The notes beneath the pieces were generated by a model. That model made no database searches. It had not been told where the DNA came from and was given only the letters and a program-made list of their open reading frames with translations. The translations under genes and the position numbers were made by a program. A stretch of 64,000 bases of DNA from Octopus sinensis (taxonomy: Eukaryota): the NCBI RefSeq assembly GCF_006345805.1, contig NC_043005.1:7750001-7814000 (forward strand), read 5' to 3'. Positions 53,973-64,000 of the stretch are shown piece after piece (position 1 is the first letter of the stretch; each line of letters starts with the position of its first letter).

Positions 53973-54075
53973 GCATATATATCTATATATACATGTGTGT
54001 GTGTGTGTGTATGTGTGTGTGTGTGTGTGTGTTGTGTGTGTGTGGGTATATATAAATATATATAAATATATATAC
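53895..54075. repeat. (TA)n(TG)n microsatellite
   Basis: Direct reading. Confidence 0.9.
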
Positions 54076-55037
54076 AGTTTCTTAGAGTATTTATTCGGTA
54101 TATACACAAATAGAGGGTGATAAATATTTTATAGCTTTTTTATCTTCTTTGTTCAGAAGATAATGTATAAAAATATTGAATATTTACTAGCTTTTAACAC
54201 CCGGGTTTGATCAGTATCTTATGTATAATGGTTTGCCACAAGTACAAAAGTAAAGATCGATGATATTTTAAAGATATCACAATATGCACTACACGCAATA
54301 TTCGGAGTAAAAGGTAATATAAGATTATGTATATTGACAGATAATGAATTCGATTTTTGTCCACGACTAAGATCTGTTTTGATAAATTACAGTGTTTCAG
54401 TGCCATATTGTACAACAGAATATATTGACAGATTTTAACCGATACACTATGTAAGAGGCATATATGCGCACCAAATCTTTATGAACAATGTCTTTGTTGA
54501 CAGGAAAAGAAAGAGTAGTAATTTATTTATTGAACTAGCTGCCAAGAATAAATAGGTCTATCTGATTTACTGAAGCCCTTAGTAATAATATGTTTATAGG
54601 CTGTATTCCTGAGGACAGTTAAAGAAGGTGCTCGGTAGATAATGAAATACTAACACAGGAGCGAAACTAGCCCGGTCCAAACTAGCTCCTTTTTATATAC
54701 AATGCAAAATAGCGTATATAAAGTGAAAATATTTAACTAAAATCTATAGATATATTCTGCAGTACTGTATAGCGTAAAATCAACTTTATACAAGAAGGTT
54801 TAAATCTAATTGAAATGGCAGAACATTCCGCAAGTACTGAACGCTCAGTACTTGTGGAAATGCTATCATTAATGATCAAATCTATATAGCTGTAAATGGT
54901 GTCATGTGGTAACAAAAAAACACGACGCTTTAAATAGCATTAGCACGGTAAGATTAACAAGTTTTCCTGTTAGTTTTAAAAACTTAGTTTAACTAGTCGT
55001 TTGGGGCTACAGAAGGCAACGGAAAACCACACCTGCT

Positions 55038-55099
<62 letters not shown>

Positions 55100-55121
55100 T
55101 GATAATAATAATAATAATAAA

Positions 55122-55303
55122 AGCGTTTCTTTTTTATTGATATCAGTTCTTCTCTTGGTGAGGATCCAAATTTTTCTCTTCATCTTTCTTCCTGTTCTGG
55201 ATCTTACATGTGGAAATGATGTAAGATCCAGAACAGGAAGAAAGATGAAGAGAAAATTTGGATCCTCACCAAGAGAAGAACTGATATCAATAAAAGAAAC
55301 GCT
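55122..55303. repeat. Inverted duplication, ~85-bp arms, 9-nt loop
   Basis: 55122-55209 is the reverse complement of 55219-55303 apart from two homopolymer-length differences. Confidence 0.95.
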
Positions 55304-55926
55304 GAAACAAAAAGTCCAAGCAAAAGCCCAAAGAATACGAAGATTTGAGAAGAGAAACAAGTTTTACAAGCAAAATAAGCTGTTCACATCCAATGCCAAA
55401 AAATTCTACAGAGAAATAGGGAAGGAGAAAGTAACCGTTAAAGACCCCCCTCCCATGGAAGAAGTTCAAAACTTTTGGAAAAGGATTTGGAGTGACAAGA
55501 AGACGTACAACATAAATGCAGACTGGATTATACAAACTGAAGGATCCTACCAAAATTTACAACAACAAGCATGGGAAGACATCACAATAGCAGACCTAAG
55601 AAAGGCACTCACGAAGTGATCGTAGGAGCACTAGGAATGCTCAAGAAGGGACCGAAAATTATATGAGAATGATCCCTGGCTTACCATCCCTGCAAGAAGT
55701 GCAAAAGATTGTCTTAACTGGTACATCACACGTATTGAGAAGAGCATTGTCGATGTGAGAACTGTTGCTGCTCATGTATTTTAATTTAACTTAAAAAAAA
55801 AAAAAAATGAACGAACTACTGAGTTTGGTTTAATGGCCTACCAATATACACTATGAGTTTCTTTGCCCTAGGAGTCGGGAAGACACTCGGCAAGAAATGG
55901 AAGCAAATTTGAAAGAAGAAAAAAAA

Positions 55927-55927
<1 letters not shown>
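55122..55927 (+). mobile_element. Third R4/Dong-like LINE subfamily: fold-back 5' end, large internal deletion, in (AAT)n
   Basis: ETLKQKVQAKAQRIRRFEKR...FWKRIW (homologous to 51196-51430) joined near 55617 to IVGALGM...QKIVLTGTSHVLRRALSM-stop; distinct 3' UTR; (AAT)n both sides. Confidence 0.85.
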
Positions 55928-55958
<31 letters not shown>

Positions 55959-55980
55959 TATAATAATAATGATGATGATA

Positions 55981-56033
<53 letters not shown>

Positions 56034-56112
56034 AATAATAATAATAATCACTATTATTATGACTATTATTGTTATTGTTGCTGCTGTTGTTATTATTGTT
56101 ATTATCATTATA

Positions 56113-56344
56113 AAGGCGGTGAGCTGGCAGAATCGTTAACACGCCGGGCGAAATGCTTAGCGGTATTTCGTCTGCCGCTACGTTCTGAGTTCAAATTCCG
56201 CCGAGGCCGACTTTGCCTTTCATCCTTTCGGGGCCGATTAAATAAGTACCAGTTACGCACTGGGGTCGATATAATCCACTTAATCCGTTTGTCTGTCCTT
56301 GTTTGTCCCCTCTATGTTTAGCCCCTTGTGGGTTGTAAAGAAAT
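56113..56344 (+). mobile_element. tRNA-derived SINE, family D, full length
   Basis: AAGGCGGTGAGCTGGCAG...GTTCAAATTCC...AAAGAAAT. Confidence 0.92.
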
Positions 56345-56517
56345 AGGTATTTCGTCTGCCGTTACGTTCTGAGTTCAAATTCCGCCGAGGTCGACTTTGC
56401 CTTTCATCCTTTCGGGGTCGATAAATTAAGTACCAGTTACGCACTGGAGTCAATGTAACAGACTGTCTCCCTCCTCCAAATCTCAGGCCTTGTGCCTACT
56501 GTAGAAAGTATTATTAT
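56345..56517 (+). mobile_element. 5'-truncated family D SINE with alternative tail, head-to-tail with previous copy
   Basis: Repeats the body from GGTATTTCGTCTGCC, ends CAGGCCTTGTGCCTACTGTAGAAAGTATTATT. Confidence 0.85.
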
Positions 56518-56534
56518 CATTATTGTCATTGAAT

Positions 56535-57083
56535 GAGAGAGCAGTGCATGCCATCAAAGTGACACTGGGGTAAAATATACGAAGCCCAGTATACCCATCA
56601 TGACTACCCGTCTGATAAGAGAAAACCAGGTGCATGCATCACAACCTTACGTGCGTGACATAGTGGTCTCACATAAAAAAAATACAGCACATGACCTTGC
56701 AGATGGGGCCCAGTTAGACTTTTCCTCAGGTCGAGTAGCCCATCCCGCTCAAAAGGTCCCTGAATATGGTTCGTGTAAGGATGTTGAACAAAACACCCAT
56801 GTTTCCAAAGGTGAATTATCCAAACCCCAAAGAATTCCTCTCAATACATGGCTATGATGCATCCCCACTACTTCTCGTGATCAGAGATGCACATATCGTC
56901 AGCCACTAAGGGACATGCTCAACTGGTTAAGGTCAAACAACTGACAAGTAAAATCTGTGGTATTGAGCTGAATATTTGTTGTAGCCCATCTTTTATACCA
57001 AGACAAAAGAATGTACATGATGACACTTCTATACAGTTAAGATCAAAAGCCATGAGAGCTACCGCCTGGTACTGCATCAGGGC
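56535..57083 (-). other. Probable interspersed repeat, unclassified
   Basis: Higher-GC non-coding block bounded by (ATT)-type tracts; no second copy in window, so support is only compositional and from recall. Confidence 0.3.
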
Positions 57084-57099
57084 AGTTATTATTATTATT

Positions 57100-57304
57100 C
57101 AGTAGTTTTATTTTTATAGCGTGCTTTCACTTCACTACCGAGCGCAGCTCTGTGTGCCTTGGGTATGTGCTGTGATTTGTTGTGATGCTTTGATGGTTAT
57201 TGTATGGAAAGTGTTCTGCGTAGGATGTGTGCAGTGCCTAGTAATGCAATTTTCTGTATGTTATATGTGTTTGTAAGTCCTGGTGTTTTTGTTATGTATT
57301 TGTC

Positions 57305-57305
<1 letters not shown>
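57100..57305 (-). mobile_element. 3' tip of the first R4/Dong-like subfamily, inside (ATT)n
   Basis: Reverse complement of 50963-51168 with about 3 mismatches; (ATT)n on both sides. Confidence 0.93.
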
Positions 57306-57359
<54 letters not shown>

Positions 57360-57380
57360 GTTGTTGGTGTTGTTGTCGTT

Positions 57381-57432
<52 letters not shown>

Positions 57433-57455
57433 CTGTTGTTATTATTGTTATGATA

Positions 57456-57521
57456 AAGGCGGCGAGCTGGCAGAATCGTTAGCACACTGGTCGAAATGCT
57501 TAGCGGTATTTTGCCCGTTAC
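57456..57521 (+). mobile_element. Family D SINE head, 3'-truncated
   Basis: AAGGCGGCGAGCTGGCAGAATCGTTAGCAC...GCTTAGCGGTATTT. Confidence 0.8.
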
Positions 57522-58300
57522 CTGGTAGTTCGTTTTTGTTTTTGAGAGTTTGTTCCAGCAGCAGAATCTTCGATCCCAGTCTGATTCTCCACTGGGTAAC
57601 GCGGTCCTTGTCCCGGGCGATGACCGATCCGGCATGAGTTTTGGCTTGTCATTAAAGCATTGACGGTGAGAATAGGAGACGGGTTTGTTTGTTCAAAATT
57701 GACTTTTGACACGACACTGTCGACGTAAGCTTAACTAATAAGCCGCGACAGGTGAACCGTGATAGGTGAATCGCAATAAGGTGGGGGATTACTGTATTTA
57801 TCATATCGTAGGCTGATAGATCGAAAATCGTATCTATTTTTGTTTGGTAGCTATGTTTCCGGGCATAACAGTTTAGTGATGTTTTAAACTGAGTGACTAA
57901 TTTACTCTATTTTATATTCGTTTGTGGGAAGTCGCTTTGTTTTTGTTTGGTACGGCGTCGCTCGGGACACGTGTCTTTCTTTTATTTTCTGTGTGTGTAC
58001 GTTTGTGTCGCGTAGGCATTATTTATGTTGATTGTAAATATTAGCATGTACACATGGATGCTTGGACAGTCGCATGTATAGGTAATTATTCAATTTACGT
58101 ACTTACTGTGTAATTAGTGGCTTTTCCAGGTTTCTTGGTGCTGGTTTTCGATGTCTTGCGTATGTCGCATTTAAGAAACTACACTGTATGTAACAAAAAT
58201 CTTTCCGAGTTTTTAGTTCCTTTAGGACTTTTCCCATAGTTGTATCGCGAAGTTTTCTTTCCATTGTACCGATGTTATTGGATTAAGTTCGTTTTGTGGC

Positions 58301-58400
58301 GCCGAGGTCTACAAATACAAGTTACGCTCTGGGATCAATGTAATCGACTTATACTCTCCCCTAAAATTTCAGGCCTTGTGGCTGTAGTAGAAAGGATTAT
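58301..58400 (+). mobile_element. Family D SINE 3' remnant with alternative tail
   Basis: GCCGAGGTC...GTTACGCTCTGGGATCAATGTAATCGACTT...CAGGCCTTGTGGCTGTAGTAGAAAGGATTATT. Confidence 0.65.
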
Positions 58401-59339
58401 TATTATTATTATTATTATTATTATTTTATTATTATTATTATATTATTATTATTATTATTTTTATTATTATTGTTATTATTATCCAGAGCAAGAAAACCTC
58501 TTCTTCAATTATTTTTATTTCGTGCCTTTATAAAACAGCCTTTCCATATTTTTACTCATTCAAGTACATTCTTTTATTTTTTAAATCATCCAAGCTATAA
58601 AGGGAAAATAATACTAGTAAAACATCCCTTAACTCATGGTCATAACTGTACCTCGATCGTAAAAAAAAGTGTTTCAATAATTATGTTTCTGTTTCACTTT
58701 AGCTTATCTGGTTAGATTTAATTCAATGTCGAGTCTAAATATTTTCGTACGTTCTATGTAGATTGCGTGCTCGATTGCATTGCAATATTTTAGTTGGTTT
58801 CCTCTATATATTTGACACTAATAGAATATTTATCAATTTTGCTTTCTACTATTGTGTGCAGGTAAATTCTTTGGGATCATGTAAAAAAAAATGGATATTA
58901 TGGACATTTTCTTGACTTAAATCCTCTTTGTTAATATGTATGCAGAGGATGTCTTTCATAAAACATTGGCTTTTACTTTTTAGTTTTGCTGGTAATGCTA
59001 TTTCTGGTAACATGCGGAGCAATGCCAATATCATAATGTGCATTAGCTAAGTTTAAAATAACAAGTTATGCACAATCTTTTAACTCTAACAAAGGGGAGA
59101 GAAATCGGTTGGAAACTTTTCGCTTGTGATTGATCTTTCAGCTGGGCACAAAGAATATAGATCCGAGTTATATAAAAATATAAACAATTGTTTAAGTTTG
59201 ATCCATTTTCAGACAATACTATCAGTGTTGGGAAAACTGTTTGAAGCTCATTTCCTGTTCCGCACAGTACATTTACACAAGGAGAAACTGCTAGAAAGCA
59301 TGGTGTCTCATTCCATATCTAAGTGTTGATTTTAAAACC

Positions 59340-60005
59340 AATGGAACCTTACAACATCAATGCAAAGAAAATTGTCCATCAACTTGTTAACAGTAACAAA
59401 ACAAATAGCAGAAAACGACATTGATTATCTGACGGAAAATCGTCTAGATTACAATTCAGTCAGCATTTTTACTAGAAAATTTACATACAAAGAGTTTGAA
59501 ACAGGTATTTCTAATCTAAAGAACGGGAACGCAATCGGTCTTGATATTCTCAAACGGGAGCTAAAACATATCTTTATATATAAAAGTCAAGTTGTGTGTC
59601 TGTCTCGTACGATTTAGATTCCTAACTACTCCCACATTTTGCGGTGCAGTTTAACCAAAAGCGGGTATCTTATAGTCGTGATTCATATCGAGCCCTTCTG
59701 GGTATTAGCGAGCGTCTACGATGAGTCTACGATTTAAAAAAAAATTACCATAATTTTTTTCCATTTTAATGCATTTTTTCGCTATTATATATGGGAAGTA
59801 ACTCTCTAAAAATGTCTATGATGAGTCAACGATTTAAAAAAAAATTTACCATAATTTTTTCCCCATTTTTAATGCATTTTTTTGCTACTTTTGGGTATAA
59901 CTCTCTAAAAATGCTTATATAGTTATTTCCCTTACAAACCCGAGCAACGCCGGGCGATACTGCTAGTTGGAATCAAAACACGATAATGGCTGTTCTAACT
60001 CTTTA
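59340..60005 (+). pseudogene. Old LINE ORF2 relic (pre-RT region) interrupted by a Helitron
   Basis: FTYKEFETGISNLKNGNAIGLDIL resembles the EL..AI..LK.GKA.G.D.I motif just upstream of LINE RT; continues after 59966. Confidence 0.5.
59571..59966 (+). mobile_element. Non-autonomous Helitron variant with internal ~98-bp duplication
   Basis: A|TC...CTAG|T termini and hairpin; central segment replaced by a second copy of the preceding block. Confidence 0.88.
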
Positions 60006-62716
60006 ACAACTTAAGTAAATAAAGTACTTAAGATGTGAAGTTCTCGTAGGTTTTCCCCAATAGTAACCAAAAGAGCTTGAAGGCTCTGATGATGGTGCAC
60101 ACATACAGTCCTGTGCTGGTTAGAATAGATAATTTACACTATTACAATTGTTCAGTAAATAACGAGGAAGTTTAGAAGGAGCATGAGCTGACAGAATTAA
60201 ATGCCGAATCTTCCTCATATCACACTCTACCGTCTTAAAGAGAAACATTGGATATTGCAGTCCTAGACATACTATGTTGGAACACAAAACAGAATGGTCT
60301 CTTCTGGAATACTTTTAATTATAGGTCTGCTAAATCCCAAAACAACCTTAGGTATTGGAGCAACGACTGACTTCAAAAGAAATTAAAATTTTGGAACTCC
60401 ATACAAATTAAACCAACCAGGCAGCGTCTTCGCGATACTTGAAATAGCAGCCAAATATCCCTCCAAAGAAACAATCACAAGAAAGGAATAGTTTCGTTCT
60501 GACATTTGCAACAATGTGACCAATCAGGGCTGATTTAAGCTACATTTGGTGGACTTCACATTTTTTATAAGACTTATTTCGTTCAGACCTCCTTGAGCAG
60601 GAAGAAAAGTAAGGCCTGAGAGAGCTACTGGGTGAAATGGTTACTAAGAGAGACCGAAACACTAGACTTCAAAGCTCTAATAAAGCCCACCTCCATTTGG
60701 AGATTTGATAGATAGAGGATAGTTGACTCCAGGTTGATTTCACCAGTTCTTGTAGCTAGTCATTGCTTTTGTCCAGTCGCTGTGTTCAACCATCTTGCAC
60801 ATACAAGGATAAGACCCTTGCGTGTTGTCGACATTTCCACCACAGAACAGGTCGTACTGGTTTACATGGCTACAGAAGCAATTAATTTATATATTTTATC
60901 AACGATATGATCATACAAAGATAACATTATGCTAAATATCAACACACTACACCAAAACATATGATGGCTAAGCGACATTTTAGAGATGAGTAGAATATAA
61001 TCATCATAAAAAATTATCAGTATATTAATCATAAAATATATAACAAGTTCTATCTGTAAACAGACACGAAAGTAACGATGTGCTCTTTTTTTTCAATTGT
61101 TTCGTAACGTAATTACATGAAATGTTTTGACCGGATATCAAAATCTGATTGCTCTTATTGTTCATTTCTATTTTACTGCGTTATATATTATTATACGTAT
61201 TTATGTTTGGAACAATACACTTAATAATTTCACAAAGGCCGCATTTAAAGGTACCAACTATATTTCGCAAGTACATCTCGGAATTTTGTCCTCTCTTGTC
61301 TTGTTTTACTCTTATATTCTTTCAATTAAACAAAACAGTTTTATCTCTGGCTTTCCATTGTGACATCTTTCACAAGTCATGTGATTAATAACCGCTATAT
61401 TTTCGTTACCTATTTAGTCTCAACAGATTGGCCTTATAGACCCATCATAATCACAAAATACAACGTTGTTTTTTGATACTTTTATATTATTTATTTTCTT
61501 CAAAAGCTGCCTCTTCTTTTGGCAGCAAATTTACTGAACAACTCTCTTCTTCAATAAATTTTTCATTTCCGAAGACGTCTCAGTCTATAAGTAAAATACT
61601 GTCTAATGCTGTCTCATTTAGATACAGTCTGTTAGAATACGATTGTTCTCTGGAGTCAATATTCCCAACAGAGCACATTCTTTAACAGAAACTTTTTATT
61701 AAAACTGACATTTTAAATACGCTACATTAATAAAGCGACGAGAGTCTGTCTTAATGAGTCTTAACTATTTGGTGCCACCATTCTCATACGTTTCAATTTA
61801 CCTATTATCACATTTATGTATTGGCATGCTATTTATTTCGACAGGTCTCCGCCACGTTTCTGTGTGTAGAAGCATTTTAATATTAGCTGCACTGTTATCA
61901 AATCTGATTGGCTAATTTACAACCATGTGATCGTTTGGTTTAAGATGTACTTTCATGACGATATGGACTTCCTTCAGTACAAAGCTTGCAGATTCGTATT
62001 TGCACTTTATCTTTAACTGTGTCATCTTCTATATTTCCTTTATCATTGATAGAAAGAAGATGAAGTTAGTCTGACACATTAGTAGGTTGATGTATTGGCT
62101 CTGGTGATATCACTAATACATATCAAATTAAACTAAGTGGTATGAGATAAACGATGACTGCGATAGTATGCCATTTATAATTGCAAGTAACGAGAAGCCA
62201 TAAGTGTTCATATCTGCTCTCTACCTTTTACACCATCTCGAAAGGAAAGTGGCCCACCTCTATATTTTGATGACTTGCGTTTTATAATATACATTACTAA
62301 GGTCGTTTCAGTTTTTATTCAAATTAAAGAAAATATGAAAAATATAGAATCTATGAAAAATTAATTCTTAATATGCACTAGAGTTTTGGTGAACACAGAA
62401 GGTATAATTGATAAAATGTCTTTGAATATTAATTTGGATAAGTATCGTTTGGACACATGCAGATTATCGTATGAATTTTAAGCCATAGATTCATTTTCGA
62501 TTCCTTCTTAGTAATTTGTAATATACTGCATTGAACATTAGTATAGCTTTCCTTGCTCAAGCTGAGTGACTGGTGAATTATCTATGGAGATAAATTAGTG
62601 CTGTATAATAAAAGAAAAAAAATACAGAATTTATTTTGAGGAGATGGAGTATAATATAATCGATAGCACAGTCGCCTGACAAAAGATAGAATCGTGATTC
62701 CAGTCCTGCATAATGT

Positions 62717-62752
<36 letters not shown>

Positions 62753-63436
62753 TCGTTCTTTTTTTCTTTCTTACTCTTTCTTTTTCTTTCTTTTTCTTTC
62801 AGATTGTTGATAACGCTTAATACCATCTAATATATAAAAAGAATTCTTGAATGAAAAAGGTACGTGAATTTAAAATCCATGTAAATTAAGCGTGTAACCT
62901 TTTCCCAAGTTTCCGTTGAAACCATTTCAGTTACATCGACAATAACCGTTGAACAATTATTAACTACATAACTTTTCAGCTACTCAACCATGCAAATACA
63001 AGAGTTTGGGGAATATTTGTACTGAATTAACGTACGATCATGAGCCAAACTCGATCACTTGTGTTGCTCACATATAGCTAGTGAAACCCTGAAAGGCCGA
63101 GAGGCCGAAATTATCTCTTTTTTATTATAAAGAAGTACCAGTAAGATACAAGTTCCCGGTCAACGAATGATACACTATGTTGTCGAATTTAACTTGGACT
63201 TAATGGGGAAGTACTTACAGAGATTTAAGAGACTAAAGGATAATTTTGCAAGCAATATAGAGCTCAGCACTACTTTAACGATATTTCTTTTGCTCAATTC
63301 TGACATTGGGGCTCATGAAGGCGTCTTTCGTTGTGGAGTGTATCTCAGATTGGCCAAATGTTTAAGAAAATTTTAGTTTAGAAGTGCCAGATTATGAGAC
63401 ACTCTTAAATTTTAGAGTGTTTCAAATATTTAGAAA

Positions 63437-63844
63437 TTAGATCTGTATGTATCCATCGTGCATGTTTATTGAGTTGTCTCCTTCGACATCTTCTTCAATT
63501 CGCGGAAGGAGTACTCCACAACTTATGAGACGTTCTGCACTTAACACTAACCAATCTGCTTTCGCTATGGCAAGATGGGCAGCTTCCCAAAATTTAGCAT
63601 TACGTCTGGTTAGATCTTCATTAACTTGCGGAATATATATCTTTCAATACACTATTGCTCCTAATGTTTGGTTCAAAGTAGTGTCCTGGGGTGTATTTGA
63701 TCTCAAAGCATGTTCAATTAGAATGAATTGCTTTTGCAAGTAAAATGCTTTCGACAGAGAAGGCCAATGTTCAATTAATCGTTGAAATTCATATATTTTC
63801 TCCACATCTAAATCGTAATAGGAGTGATGCTGAAGGTTTTTCTT
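63437..63844 (-). pseudogene. Coding-like frame of 134 sense codons with one internal TGA, unidentified
   Basis: KKNLQHHSYYDLDVEKIYEFQRLIEHWPSLSKAFYLQKQFILIEHALRSNTPQDTTLNQTLGAIVY*KIYIPQVNEDLTRRNAKFWEAAHLAIAKADWLVLSAERLISCGVLLPRIEEDVEGDNSINMHDGYIQI*. Confidence 0.4.
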
Positions 63845-64000
63845 TTATTTTAGTGTGCCTGTGATTAAGAGATGGACTGGCTGAACGAGAACTGACTTGG
63901 TGATGGGCACACAAAGGAAACGGCAAGCTGATAAAAACAGTTAACTTTTTAGCCTAAAGGATATAACCTTATCAAAAATCAGATATAACTATAAATGATA

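Noticed and set aside
63088-63115. CTGAA-AGGCC-GAGA-GGCC-GAAA with perfect GNRA-capped stem
   Set aside because: Core lacks the NGA bases and helices I and III do not form; possibly a deleted remnant.
63167-63743. Plus-strand ORFs 63167-63376 and 63447-63743 as genes
   Set aside because: No recognisable motifs; the second is Ser-rich and better explained as the antisense shadow of the minus-strand frame.

Overview
AT-rich, microsatellite-saturated eukaryotic DNA. The repeat repertoire (several tRNA-derived SINE families, RTE/CR1/R4-Dong LINE relics, a Penelope-like element, mariners, ~400-bp Helitrons) looks like an octopus/cephalopod genome; that assignment is from recall, not a search. No intact host protein-coding gene is supported, and most ORF-track entries are translated microsatellites. 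Highlights: (1) a full-length U6 snRNA copy fused to the 3' tail of a SINE (26586-26848); (2) a ~400-bp fold-back element with a hammerhead-ribozyme motif in each arm, one per polarity (8508-8906), plus further Penelope-type hammerheads at 42086 and 53449; (3) a SINE flanked by a 116-bp direct repeat; (4) a nest in which R4/Dong-like LINEs entered the (AAT)n tract inside a Penelope terminal repeat, with a triplicated 5' junction, and a nearby R4-like copy with a fold-back 5' end; (5) a T-rich retroelement tail always embedded in (TATC)n; (6) a 134-codon minus-strand reading frame with a single stop that the ORF track misses (63437-63844). All coordinates were read by eye; boundaries of decayed copies are approximate.
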